Shown here in pieces: positions 1 through 8,990 of a stretch of DNA of 64,000 nucleotides. The translations under genes and the position numbers were made by a program. The stretch spans positions 10,144 to 74,143 of the IMG/VR virus record IMGVR_UViG_3300028844_003474. One strand, 5' to 3'. The DNA comes from a virus. The notes beneath the pieces are model-generated. The model was not told where the DNA came from. It did not search any database and saw only the letters and a list, made by a program, of their open reading frames with translations. Positions within the stretch are counted from its first letter, which is position 1. Each line of letters begins with the position of its first letter.

Positions 1-474
1 AGATAAAGAATCTTGCGTAATTGTAGTAGCATTGATGCTAGAAGTTACCATTTGAACCATGTAAGTCCAACCTCCATTAGATTGAACAGGGTCCGCAGTA
101 ACTCTTAATTGCGTGTTTGCTGCATTACCAAACTCAATAATGTAATTCTTAACAAACCAACGGTCGTTAAAAGTTACTGTACCACCGCCAGTAGCAGTAA
201 TAGCACTATTACCCACGCACATGACGCTCTTGTTCAAGCGACCCATAACAGGGTAATCGTATTCTACATCATTGATGTACTTTACATTTCCCATACCTTC
301 CGTAAGGAAAGAAAGAGGGAAACGCTTATCCTCACGCCCAGAAAGGTGCGTAATTACAGGGGACAAAACGTCCGGTTGTGTAAGCAGAGCATTAGCTAAC
401 GAGTTCTCGTCAGTCATGCCATCTGCATTAAATACATCTTCGTATAAACGAAGTTTTTTTAAGTTATCAGACAT
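1..474 (-). CDS. Major capsid protein, crAss-like (N-terminal part; runs off the window edge)
   Basis: Not in the ORF track. Manual translation from the ATG at 474 gives MSDNLKKLRLYEDVFNADGMTDENSLANALLTQPDVLSPVITHLSGREDKRFPLSFLTEGMGNVKYINDVEYDYPVMG..., open to base 1. The 'TDENSLA...LSPVITHL.G....FPLSFLTEG' pattern and the TerL-portal-scaffold-MCP order fit crAss-like capsid genes. Confidence 0.88.
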   Translation of the reverse strand, partial: MSDNLKKLRLYEDVFNADGMTDENSLANALLTQPDVLSPVITHLSGREDKRFPLSFLTEGMGNVKYINDVEYDYPVMGRLNKSVMCVGNSAITATGGGTVTFNDRWFVKNYIIEFGNAANTQLRVTADPVQSNGGWTYMVQMVTSSINATTITQDSLS

Positions 475-493
475 AATTTAGTCAATTTTAAGT

Positions 494-1597
494 TTAGAGT
501 AAGTCTCGTAAATTAGGTAGTGAGACCGATTTTGTAACACTCGACTTACTACGAGACTTCATCCTAGTCGAAGCGGATGGTTTACTCTGAAGCTTTTCTT
601 TTAAGCTTTTAGTCTTCTGGGTGTTACTTACGTTTTTAGCCAGTTTTGATAAATCAAATCCTTGGTAAATTAAATACTCTAGGGCTAGTGCTGTTTCCAT
701 GTCCATACCGGACCTATCTTTATCTCTTTGGGTAACACCAGTTTTCTCAACAGGTTGAGTCATCCAATCATAAAATTGGCGTCTCTGTTTAGTAGGAATT
801 TGCATACCTTTTAACTGTCCATTTTGAATAGTTTCAGATACGCTGTTCCAATATTGAGTTGCTTGTTCTCGTTGCTGATCTGCCTCTATTTTTTGCCTTT
901 CTAAAAGTTGAGACTTATAAGTTTCTTGTTGCTTTTTAAGCTGAGTTAAATATACATCTGCATTGTCCTTCAAGATTCCAGCATCTTCGTATGCTTCAGT
1001 CATACGAGTAACTTCTTCCTCTCCGAACCCTTGGGCTCTCATACCATCTTGAACAACTCTCTTTTGTATAGCAATATCATTATCGCTAATTTCAATAGAA
1101 TTGTAGTCCATTTCGGCTTGCTGTGCTTGGAAATAAGCTTGAGGATCTCCATTATTTGCTCTGTATTGGAAATACTCTCTTACATCAGGGAACTGTTCAA
1201 ATAGTTGCCCTACTTGCTCTTCCGCCATTTTATTGGCTACTGCTGACGTATATTGAGTTAACCCATCAAAATCATCTGAAAAATCTCCGTCTACGCTATA
1301 CCCTAACCTTTCAGTAAGGGTATCAATAATAGAAGATTCTGGGTCAGCTTCTGGTTCTGAAACTAATTCTGGTTCAGAAGCCGCAGCTTCTGGTTCTTCT
1401 TGAACATTATTTACAGCTTCTGTTTCAGGTTGTTCAGGAGTTTGAACTGCTTCTTCAGGCGCTTCTGTTTGTGTTTCTGTTTCCGCGTCCTCTGCAGCTG
1501 AAGTTTCAGGTGTTTCTGCTGCAGGCGCTGGTGCATTATCATTTAGCCAATCAACCTGTTTAAGGTTATCAAGACCAAGTCCTTTGTTTTCTGCCAT
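494..1597 (-). CDS. Putative capsid scaffolding/assembly protein (conserved crAss-like gene between portal and MCP)
   Basis: Acidic, disordered Glu/Pro/Ala-rich N-terminus, helical core and basic C-terminus; lies between portal and MCP. Confidence 0.65.
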   Translation of the reverse strand: MAENKGLGLDNLKQVDWLNDNAPAPAAETPETSAAEDAETETQTEAPEEAVQTPEQPETEAVNNVQEEPEAAASEPELVSEPEADPESSIIDTLTERLGYSVDGDFSDDFDGLTQYTSAVANKMAEEQVGQLFEQFPDVREYFQYRANNGDPQAYFQAQQAEMDYNSIEISDNDIAIQKRVVQDGMRAQGFGEEEVTRMTEAYEDAGILKDNADVYLTQLKKQQETYKSQLLERQKIEADQQREQATQYWNSVSETIQNGQLKGMQIPTKQRRQFYDWMTQPVEKTGVTQRDKDRSGMDMETALALEYLIYQGFDLSKLAKNVSNTQKTKSLKEKLQSKPSASTRMKSRSKSSVTKSVSLPNLRDLL

Positions 1598-1647
1598 CTT
1601 TTTGAATGTAAGTTATATAGTGTTTTTCTCAAAAGAGATTTAAACTG

Positions 1648-3795
1648 TTATTTACTATCGGTTTTTCCGTCATTATTATGATCGGTATCCTTGGATGCTG
1701 CTTGAATTAGAGCTACTTCTATCTTATTTTGACGGTCTAATTCCTTTTGTTCTGCCTCCATAGTCTTCTCTAATTGAATTTCTTGCATCTTAGCTTGAGC
1801 TTCAGCTTGAGTCTTTTGTTGCTCTTGTTGCCCTGCTAATTGAGCAAGTTTTTGCTGCTTGGCTTCAACCTCTTTTGTCAGCTGTTTAATTCTAGAGAAG
1901 TTATCTGCATCTAAGATTTCTGCAATAGATGAAGCACCGACTCCGTTTTGAGCCATAGACTGAAGCATTTGACGCATTTGCTCTAGCTTTTTGTTTTCTT
2001 TACTTGAGTTTTTAGCAAAGATTCCAAACTCTGTTTCAGAGTAAGAAACTCCTTCAATATCAAGCCAGGCATTACGATAGTCGTCCGTAATGTAATTAAT
2101 TTGTTTCCCTCGTTTAAAAGCGTGTTTTGACAAGTCTAATAAACCTTGATTCTCTTTTTGTTCAAACTTTTCATACTTCCGGTAAATCTCTTCAGTAATT
2201 GCAGTAGATTGAGCAATAGCATCGTTAGTCGTACCCGCTCCGTCTGAGGCCATAATCTGACCTTTTCTTTGACGGCTGATACCTATGAGCTCTTCCCACT
2301 CTTCTTTAATAGCTTGAAGTAGTTGTATTTGAGCAGCCATATACTGCCCTAAAGACATGTCTAAAACTTGATATTGGTTAAAGGTAACTCGCTCATTATT
2401 CTTTCCTTCTCCTGTAGAATCAATAAAGGCAAACCCCATAGCATCCGCGTAATACATGAATTTCTCTTCGTCCCAACCATGACGTTTAGGAATAGTATTC
2501 ATTTCAATTAAAGCAATTTTATCTTTGTTTTTAGCTATAGTTAGTTCTAACCGATAGTGAAAAACGTTATATAAAATTTGATAGGGGATACCTAAAGAAC
2601 ATACGCTAATATTTTCAGTATGTCTTTCAGAGTACGCTCTGCCATTGTAGGGCAGTTTGCAGACAGAAATATTTCCCAAAGAGTTGCGTTGACCTACAAC
2701 TGGCTGTATACCGGCATAGATATCTCCATCAAGCTCATATCCTTCCCATACTTGATTTATCCAATACCACTCTACTGCTTCTCCTTCCTCCATGTTTGGC
2801 TTGTAGGTATCTGTGACATAAGACATTTGTTCTATTCCAAACTCGTCTATGTATGTTAGAATACCTACTTTTCTAAAGCTTTTCCAGACGACGTGCAGCA
2901 CTTCGACGTATCTGTCGTTTTCTCCGAAGTTGTCTGCAACACGCTGCAAGAAGGGAATATTAAAAGAGCCAGAACGGTTCCTAGTATGATCCTCGATTTG
3001 GTCAATCTCTTTATCACTAAGTAAATCATAAAATTGGTCTATTACAGCATTAACACTCATAAGTTGACGACGGACTACCCAGTCTCCGTCTTCAATAAAT
3101 TCTATATCTGGGCTTTTAGAAAAATCAATATTTAAAGGGCTGACAATTTCATATTCAACCTCATCCATGCAAATGCCTTTGTAACTGTACACATACCCTG
3201 TTACAAGCCAGTCTAAAAAACCTTTTTGCATTTTATCTTCAAGGTCTAGCTTATCTTTTAAGTAGTTTAAAACCTGCTGACCTACAACAGCTCTTGAGTC
3301 TTGATAAGAACTATTAAAGTGGTTTTCTATTTCTTCAGGAGTTTTAGGCTTTGCCTCTGGCATACCTAAATCAACTCCTTGCTTTTGTACTTCTTGAATA
3401 AACATTTCTTGGAGATTAGCTAAAATTTCTTTTTGCTTTTCACTCTCCATTTTAGATACAGCATCCGAATTGCTTACGGTAACCATATAGTTGCTAGGGC
3501 GTTGTGTTTTTTCTCCAATAAGAAGATCAATAACTGGTTTAATAATATTATAGTTTCGAAGTTTTGCAGGAAAATTACGTTTTTTGCCAGAGCTAGAGTT
3601 GTAAGGATTAACAACATAGTTGTAATCACTCTCTCGCATCTGACCATTATAAGCTTCGTAAAGCTTAAGTAAATCGTGTTTACCAGTTGCGCTAAACGTA
3701 GACTCTTTAATAAAGCCTTTAACGCAATCGATACCCCATTGCTTTGTTTTTTTAGCAGTGGAGATTTTTTGTTTTGGTATGTGATTGTGTGCCAT
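1648..3795 (-). CDS. Portal protein
   Basis: 715 aa with 'PAKLRNYNIIKPVIDLLIGE', 'WINQVWEG', 'KLPYNG' and 'GISRQRKG' motifs and a C-terminal coiled coil; directly downstream of TerL. Confidence 0.92.
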   Translation of the reverse strand: MAHNHIPKQKISTAKKTKQWGIDCVKGFIKESTFSATGKHDLLKLYEAYNGQMRESDYNYVVNPYNSSSGKKRNFPAKLRNYNIIKPVIDLLIGEKTQRPSNYMVTVSNSDAVSKMESEKQKEILANLQEMFIQEVQKQGVDLGMPEAKPKTPEEIENHFNSSYQDSRAVVGQQVLNYLKDKLDLEDKMQKGFLDWLVTGYVYSYKGICMDEVEYEIVSPLNIDFSKSPDIEFIEDGDWVVRRQLMSVNAVIDQFYDLLSDKEIDQIEDHTRNRSGSFNIPFLQRVADNFGENDRYVEVLHVVWKSFRKVGILTYIDEFGIEQMSYVTDTYKPNMEEGEAVEWYWINQVWEGYELDGDIYAGIQPVVGQRNSLGNISVCKLPYNGRAYSERHTENISVCSLGIPYQILYNVFHYRLELTIAKNKDKIALIEMNTIPKRHGWDEEKFMYYADAMGFAFIDSTGEGKNNERVTFNQYQVLDMSLGQYMAAQIQLLQAIKEEWEELIGISRQRKGQIMASDGAGTTNDAIAQSTAITEEIYRKYEKFEQKENQGLLDLSKHAFKRGKQINYITDDYRNAWLDIEGVSYSETEFGIFAKNSSKENKKLEQMRQMLQSMAQNGVGASSIAEILDADNFSRIKQLTKEVEAKQQKLAQLAGQQEQQKTQAEAQAKMQEIQLEKTMEAEQKELDRQNKIEVALIQAASKDTDHNNDGKTDSK

Positions 3796-5822
3796 TAGAC
3801 AAATAATTCGCGGTCAAAGAACCCGTTTGTACTCTCTACTGATTGCTCTACTACCGGTTTATTATATAAATCAACCATAAAAAACATTCCTATTAACAAA
3901 GCAGAAACGCGGTCAAAGTTGCCCTGGTCGTTCCATTTAATGAGCTCATCAATTAAACCTACATCATAAATATTATGCAAGTTTAACTTCCATTCATCCT
4001 TTTCGTTTTTACTTCTTTTATCTTTTAACCAGTCCCTTAAATATAAGACAGCCTGAGCTTTACGCTGCTTACTTCCCATAGAAAGTCCGTAATTACGTCC
4101 TAAGGACTTTGCTTTAAAGTTATTTGAACGATCGAAAATTTCAACTTCTTCCATAAGACGATGCAGGTTTTTTGTACGTTTTGCGTACGGAATTACCTCA
4201 CCTCGATCATTTTCAAATCCAATCTTAGCATTATAATATTCTGCTAAATTAAATAGAACTTCATTGTAATCATCCTGAGTTTCAGGACGTCCTACGTATG
4301 AAGCTACAATCATGTCATCTGGTTTACTAAAAGGATTAGGACGCTTAAGCACATAAGCCGATCCAAGAGAATTACCAGTAGAAGTATCATGAGCATAAGG
4401 GTCATGCGCAATAAAGTATAGATTTGAGGGAACCTGGTCATTTTCATCACGGTATGGAGCTTGATACATAACTACACATCCTGTAATGTCATCACCTCTC
4501 TGGTGAGGAAACTTTGATACAGGACGTGCTCGTTCCGAAGGTTTAAACTTTAAACCATCTTTTGTATTTACGAGAAACCCGGCTGTGCCCACATGTTGCA
4601 TAGATTTTGTGCGGATGATGTGGCCCCTATGATCCACAAGGGCGGCAGTAGGGAACACATTATTACTAGTTTGTAAAAAGGCTTCTCTAGGTTTCCACGG
4701 ATACTCTGTAATATGTTTATCATAAACTGCGACATCTTTTGTTTCTGTTTTTATTCTTGACCGTTCATTCTCTTCTTGAAACTTGGCTTTGTCCTCAAGG
4801 CTATTGCCATCTTTATCAATAAAGCCAATCTTGTTTCTATAAGATGGAAAAAACCAGCCGCAATGAGTCCCTTCTCCTCCATCATCCCATATGTTGCTAA
4901 CTGGCAATAAGTTATAAGGCGTAGGATTGTAAAACATAGACTCAAAATCTATAGTGCCTCCTTCCATATCACCACCTGTACCAAAAATAATCATCTGGCC
5001 TGTAGTAATTCCACCGTCTTCTACAGTTGGACGGGTTGCCATAAATGTGTTTTTCAAATTAGAAAAAGCTCCTGCCTCTTCGAATATTACAAGAGTTGCG
5101 TCTTTACCACGCGCAGCATCTGGGTTGTCTTTAAAGGTAATAGCCTCAACCTCAGACTTGTATCCTTTTTCAACGCCTTGTCCGTTTAAATATTCTAAGT
5201 AGCTTGCTTTTTTATGATTTTGTTTATCGATCATACTTCGGCGTTTAGCCCATCCTGTATGCTCATTAATAAAATCCATATTAGCCGCAGCCATAGTCAT
5301 GATGCCCTTTGGGTACAAGTACTTTTTGTCAAACGCGCAAAGTAAAGTGTAACTGTTTTTTACAGTGTTGTAAGTGTTAGTAGTAACTGCTGCATTCTTA
5401 TATGAAAATCCTTTACGACGTGCCTTTGATACAATTAAATGATGGCCGCCTCCTAACCATTCGTCTTCTACTTTTGTGGATAGATAAAGCTTGTCTAACG
5501 CTTTTGGCGTAATGCCATTTCTGGCTATTTCCATTAACCAAAAATATTCGTAATCTCCGTCCCAGAAATGCGGAAATGCAATACTTTTAGTAGCAGATCT
5601 ACCCTTAATTTCTTCTGTTAGTTTTATTTGACAGTAGTTTAAATAAAAGTAATGGTGTCCCGTAATGGTAGTATCGCCTACAGTATATCCGTTTTTGCAG
5701 CGATCTAGTTCTTCTGTCCAGTAATTAAAGAATTCTTGACTACCTGGAGGCGCATCTGTATAGATACCTCGTTTTAAAAACCGACGTGCAGCCTCTCTAA
5801 AGTATTCAGTGTTCGCTAGCAT
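3795..5822 (-). CDS. terL: Terminase large subunit
   Basis: 'ITGHHYFYLNY', Walker A 'KARRKGFSYK', Walker B 'VIFEEAG', 'FGTGG', and RNase H-like nuclease motifs 'AHDPY' and 'NFDRVSA'. Confidence 0.95.
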   Translation of the reverse strand: MLANTEYFREAARRFLKRGIYTDAPPGSQEFFNYWTEELDRCKNGYTVGDTTITGHHYFYLNYCQIKLTEEIKGRSATKSIAFPHFWDGDYEYFWLMEIARNGITPKALDKLYLSTKVEDEWLGGGHHLIVSKARRKGFSYKNAAVTTNTYNTVKNSYTLLCAFDKKYLYPKGIMTMAAANMDFINEHTGWAKRRSMIDKQNHKKASYLEYLNGQGVEKGYKSEVEAITFKDNPDAARGKDATLVIFEEAGAFSNLKNTFMATRPTVEDGGITTGQMIIFGTGGDMEGGTIDFESMFYNPTPYNLLPVSNIWDDGGEGTHCGWFFPSYRNKIGFIDKDGNSLEDKAKFQEENERSRIKTETKDVAVYDKHITEYPWKPREAFLQTSNNVFPTAALVDHRGHIIRTKSMQHVGTAGFLVNTKDGLKFKPSERARPVSKFPHQRGDDITGCVVMYQAPYRDENDQVPSNLYFIAHDPYAHDTSTGNSLGSAYVLKRPNPFSKPDDMIVASYVGRPETQDDYNEVLFNLAEYYNAKIGFENDRGEVIPYAKRTKNLHRLMEEVEIFDRSNNFKAKSLGRNYGLSMGSKQRKAQAVLYLRDWLKDKRSKNEKDEWKLNLHNIYDVGLIDELIKWNDQGNFDRVSALLIGMFFMVDLYNKPVVEQSVESTNGFFDRELFV

Positions 5823-6391
5823 CAGTCTTCGAACATTCCTTTTTTACCGCCACCTCGTAACTTGCTTTCTCCGCTTTGTTCTTTCTTGACCTTTTCTTCC
5901 AAATCATTAATTACATTAGTAATTTTGGGAAGTTTTTCTGCAATATCCAGCAGTTTGTTTACGTTTTTAACGGCTTCGCCGACCGTATCTACTTCTTCTT
6001 CGTCTGCTGCCAGCAACGTTTCAATACGTTGAGTCAGCGCATTAATTGCTTTTTCGGAACTGATTAAAGCTTGTTTTGTCGTAAGTAATGTTTGTACTGT
6101 AGGTGTATTTTGAAGTTCTTTATACTTGCTAATCGCAGCAATCATACGCTGCGAAGATTTAAAGTCTCCAGGTAAATCTACATCCTTACAAACTCTAATG
6201 TGTCGTTCTTTTTCTTCATACAACTGGTATGGTGACTTATAGTCGTACATGTGGTAGATGTATCCAAACCATTTTGTTGCAAGTTTTTTGTTTCGATCTT
6301 TATCCTCTGCTATAAGCTTAGAAAATTCTAGTATAATCTTTATTTCAGGATCAACAATAACCTGAAATCCTTCTAGCTTAAACAGACTCAT
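5822..6391 (-). CDS. Conserved phage protein, possible terminase small subunit
   Basis: Helical 189-aa protein overlapping the TerL start by one base; C-terminal 'KLRGGGKKGMFED'. The TerS call is positional only. Confidence 0.5.
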   Translation of the reverse strand: MSLFKLEGFQVIVDPEIKIILEFSKLIAEDKDRNKKLATKWFGYIYHMYDYKSPYQLYEEKERHIRVCKDVDLPGDFKSSQRMIAAISKYKELQNTPTVQTLLTTKQALISSEKAINALTQRIETLLAADEEEVDTVGEAVKNVNKLLDIAEKLPKITNVINDLEEKVKKEQSGESKLRGGGKKGMFED

Positions 6392-6620
6392 TTATTCTTT
6401 TTTTACCTTTTTCAATGTTTAAGCGTCTCAGCCTGTAAGGATTAACCGAAAACCGTCCAAAATAGGGAAGTCGTATACTTTCAAATAATCCTTTTGCCAT
6501 AATTTTTGCAATAAATAAAAATTGACTATCTACAACTCCTTCAATCTCCGCAATACTGCTTCCAATCTCCTTTTGGATTTCTTTGTATACCTCGTATTTT
6601 AATTTATTTCTAGCCAACAC
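6378..6620 (-). CDS. HU/IHF-like DNA-binding protein
   Basis: Small basic protein with 'ESIRLPYFGRFSV', resembling the HU/IHF 'L.GFG.F.V' strand; IHF-like genes occur in crAss-like head modules. Confidence 0.7.
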   Translation of the reverse strand: MLARNKLKYEVYKEIQKEIGSSIAEIEGVVDSQFLFIAKIMAKGLFESIRLPYFGRFSVNPYRLRRLNIEKGKKRINESV

Positions 6621-6658
6621 AAATAATTAAAAGAAGTAATAGTAAGGGTATAGCAGCT

Positions 6659-6964
6659 TTATTCTTCATATGTATCAAAGCTTGGAAGGTATCCTGTTAT
6701 AGAATAAGTGAGCGTAGGGATTGGATCTTCTGGTAAAGGCCATAAAGGATCATCTCCGCCACCTCCGTCATCTCCTCCATTCTCATCATCATCATCAGGA
6801 TACCATAGTAAAATAGATATTTCATCTTCGCTAAAACTTATTTCGTGATTAGGGAATATTACACCCTCATCTTTAAACCTTTGGAACTGTTTATCTAAAT
6901 ACCAGAATGCTATGTCCAGCTCCGTAGGAAAGTTAAATTTTACTTCAATCATTCTGGATTTCAA
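6659..6964 (-). CDS. Hypothetical acidic protein
   Basis: Co-oriented 101-aa ORF with a Asp/Gly-rich low-complexity stretch (PDDDDENGGDDGGGGDDP). Confidence 0.6.
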   Translation of the reverse strand: MKSRMIEVKFNFPTELDIAFWYLDKQFQRFKDEGVIFPNHEISFSEDEISILLWYPDDDDENGGDDGGGGDDPLWPLPEDPIPTLTYSITGYLPSFDTYEE

Positions 6965-7283
6965 ACTCTATGCTAGTTAGCTTTTCTTTAGGACAGACTA
7001 AACTGTTGTATTTATATACTCCAGTAATATCCTTGTAAATACATCCTTTGTCTTTTAAAGACTTGATGTAATTATTTAGCACAGCTACATTTTTCATGTT
7101 TAGCCGTTTTGCTACAATTTTTCGAGCTAGAGCTTGCCCGCAAACACGTGCGTCGTACTCAATAAACTCTGCTAACACCTTAAGCTCAGTGCCTGTTAGG
7201 TTTAGCACGCCGTTGAGAAGCTGTAAGTACTCAACTACATAGTTGTTCTTATTCAGCGCTACTTGAACCTTCAGTTTCGCCAT
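6945..7283 (-). CDS. Putative winged-HTH DNA-binding protein
   Basis: 'LTGTELKVLAEF...ARKIVAKRLNM...LNNYIKSLKDKGCIYK...GVYKYN' has a wHTH pattern. Confidence 0.6.
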   Translation of the reverse strand: MAKLKVQVALNKNNYVVEYLQLLNGVLNLTGTELKVLAEFIEYDARVCGQALARKIVAKRLNMKNVAVLNNYIKSLKDKGCIYKDITGVYKYNSLVCPKEKLTSIEFEIQND

Positions 7284-7551
7284 ACTTTTTTACGTTATCA
7301 ATTTTTCTGCTTAAACGTTTTCCAAGCTGTTGTCTAATGCATTTAAGCAAAAGAATAACAACTTGATTTTCTGTGCTAAATCGTTTTTTATTTAATTGGT
7401 AAAAACGATCAATTAACATATCAACTACTTCTTCGTTAGTTGTTCCTGAAACATACTTGCCGTCTGCCTTTTCTGTAAACTGAATTTCTTGATACTCTTT
7501 GCTTTTAAAATTAAAAAGCTTGTATCGAATCCCCACTTTAATTGCTTCCAT
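7249..7551 (-). CDS. Tad1-like anti-defence (signalling-nucleotide sponge) candidate
   Basis: 'QEIQF...GTTNEEVVDMLIDRFYQLNKKRFSTENQVVILLL...LGKRLSRKIDNV' aligns by eye with the Tad1 core (I.FQ.G...GV.D.DLLEIVRDRL..FQ.GPFSSRENA.AL...EEAL.W...R...R). Confidence 0.6.
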   Translation of the reverse strand: MEAIKVGIRYKLFNFKSKEYQEIQFTEKADGKYVSGTTNEEVVDMLIDRFYQLNKKRFSTENQVVILLLKCIRQQLGKRLSRKIDNVKKYGETEGSSSAE

Positions 7552-7635
7552 TATTACTGTCCTGTCTCTCTAACGTAACATATGGATTTAACATACACAA
7601 CATGAGCGAAGCGAAAAAATTTCAAACCAATATAT

Positions 7636-7794
7636 TTAATCGCCATCAAATTCACCCAGTGGCTCCATCACTACGTCAATTATAACAATTTTCCCTACTT
7701 TATTTTGTACTACTACTACAGAACAACCAGGCCAAGACCACGCTGAATAAACATCATTATCGTACCCATAATATTCGTGATCTAGTATCGCCAT
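7636..7794 (-). CDS. Small hypothetical protein (52 aa)
   Basis: Manual translation MAILDHEYYGYDNDVYSAWSWPGCSVVVVQNKVGKIVIIDVVMEPLGEFDGD*; A-rich context before the ATG; co-oriented with the late operon. Confidence 0.45.
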   Translation of the reverse strand: MAILDHEYYGYDNDVYSAWSWPGCSVVVVQNKVGKIVIIDVVMEPLGEFDGD

Positions 7795-7869
7795 TTTTGT
7801 AATGTAACAAGTAATCGCCGTTGGAAAGAATAATTGCGCTTGTCAGAATTTAACAATAACTTTATTCAT

Positions 7870-8097
7870 ATGCTCGTAGGGGTATCCAGTAAACGAATTC
7901 GTAAAATAGAAGCTGACCTCAAGCTTCTTATGGAAGATCGTAAATCCCATCAAAAACAAATTGAAAACTTAATTCAATTGTTTGAGCAATACACTACTGA
8001 GTTAGATCGTCGTAAAACATCTTACAAAGTGTTAATGCGTAAGGCAGGTATGGCCCTGTCATTTATCGCCGGGGTATCCCTCCCCCTTTATATATAA
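7870..8097 (+). CDS. Hypothetical coiled-coil protein with a C-terminal hydrophobic anchor
   Basis: ORF track 7834..8097; the ATG at 7870 is the more likely start. Heptad-rich middle and hydrophobic C-terminus (AGMALSFIAGVSLPLYI). Confidence 0.5.
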   Translation: MLVGVSSKRIRKIEADLKLLMEDRKSHQKQIENLIQLFEQYTTELDRRKTSYKVLMRKAGMALSFIAGVSLPLYI

Positions 8098-8185
8098 GCC
8101 CCCCCCCTTTACTCTGGGGTATTGAGTGTGAAGACCACTTAGCGCGGCACCCCCCGCTCTCTCAAGTTCGAGCAGGTCCCCCCCA
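8068..8185. other. C/G-run-rich element near the strand switch (possible genome end or packaging site)
   Basis: Cluster of homopolymer runs (GGGG, CCCTCCCCC, a long C run at about 8099-8107, GGGG, CCCCCC, CCCCCCC) in an otherwise AT-rich genome, where the early block begins. Confidence 0.4.
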
Positions 8186-8189
8186 CGCA

Positions 8190-8215
8190 AAATTAACAAG
8201 CAGCGATGTGGTAGC
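8190..8215 (+). promoter_or_regulatory. Repeated phage motif copy 1 (candidate phage RNAP promoter)
   Basis: AAATTAACAAGCA-GCGA-TGTGG-TAGC; same spacing as four other intergenic copies. Confidence 0.5.
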
Positions 8216-8281
8216 GCAATGCGGACGAGTCAGACGATGTTGTCTGCCCGTAAAATAGAATCGCACTGCGTTCACACACAC

Positions 8282-8689
8282 ATGGCAAAAGCCACTAACC
8301 TTGCAGCACGCACTACACAGCGCACTGCACGTCTGCTCGACGACACTGAGCGGAAGCAACTCGGACTGCCTGAACTGGCTGACCTGCTGATAGCACCACG
8401 TCCTACAGACGTCTATCATCATGCATTGGTCACCAAGGATGGTGCACCCATCGTAGCTGAGGGACGCGAAATACGCGTTCAGATCCAGAGACGAACAACC
8501 GTGGACAGTAAGACTGAGTACCATAAGCTTGCATGGTGCGACATCTTGGCTCTTCTCGGTGGTCGGGACTGGCGTCACTTTGCAGCTTGGAAGGGATGGT
8601 ATAACACTGCTGATGAATCTAAGGCTGTAGCTGAGGTTCAACTACAAGTTGTACTGACTCCTGCACCTGACATGGCTAAAGCGATATGA
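8282..8689 (+). CDS. Hypothetical early protein
   Basis: ORF track 8219..8689; the ATG at 8282 (MAKATNL...) is preferred because 8219 abuts the motif copy. Confidence 0.65.
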   Translation: MAKATNLAARTTQRTARLLDDTERKQLGLPELADLLIAPRPTDVYHHALVTKDGAPIVAEGREIRVQIQRRTTVDSKTEYHKLAWCDILALLGGRDWRHFAAWKGWYNTADESKAVAEVQLQVVLTPAPDMAKAI

Positions 8690-8916
8690 TCGATCCAGTA
8701 AGACGTACGACTCGAGTCGGCCCTGATTTGATTATCGAAGAGTTTGACTCGGAAGAAGGTCAATGGATCTGCATTGATGTGAGGCATGCTCCGTGTTGCC
8801 ATCATTGTGGTGACGATGATCATCACAGTTATGAATGTACAAACAGCGACCTGAACTGGACGCCTGAAGAGTCTGAACTGTCCATTGAGGATTCACCTCA
8901 GTATGGAGACTGCTAA
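8686..8916 (+). CDS. Hypothetical protein with a Cys/His cluster (possible Zn binding)
   Basis: ATGA overlap with the upstream gene; contains 'CCHHCGDDDHHSYEC'. Confidence 0.55.
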   Translation: MIDPVRRTTRVGPDLIIEEFDSEEGQWICIDVRHAPCCHHCGDDDHHSYECTNSDLNWTPEESELSIEDSPQYGDC

Positions 8917-8937
8917 GCGAATTTGATTCGCACACCT

Positions 8938-8965
8938 AGGGGTGGGGATAGTCCTCACCCCTTTA
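8938..8965 (+). terminator. Putative intrinsic terminator
   Basis: AGGGGTGGGGA-TAG-TCCTCACCCCT stem-loop followed by TTATT. Confidence 0.65.
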
Positions 8966-8990
8966 TTACCTATAATACACACTAATAAAT

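Noticed and set aside
109-481. Plus-strand ORFs 109..399 and 272..481
   Set aside because: They are antisense shadows of the major capsid gene.
8162-8935. Minus-strand ORFs 8162..8641, 8638..8826 and 8732..8935
   Set aside because: They are antisense to a plus-strand operon with coupled junctions and a terminator; long shadow ORFs are expected in this GC-richer segment.
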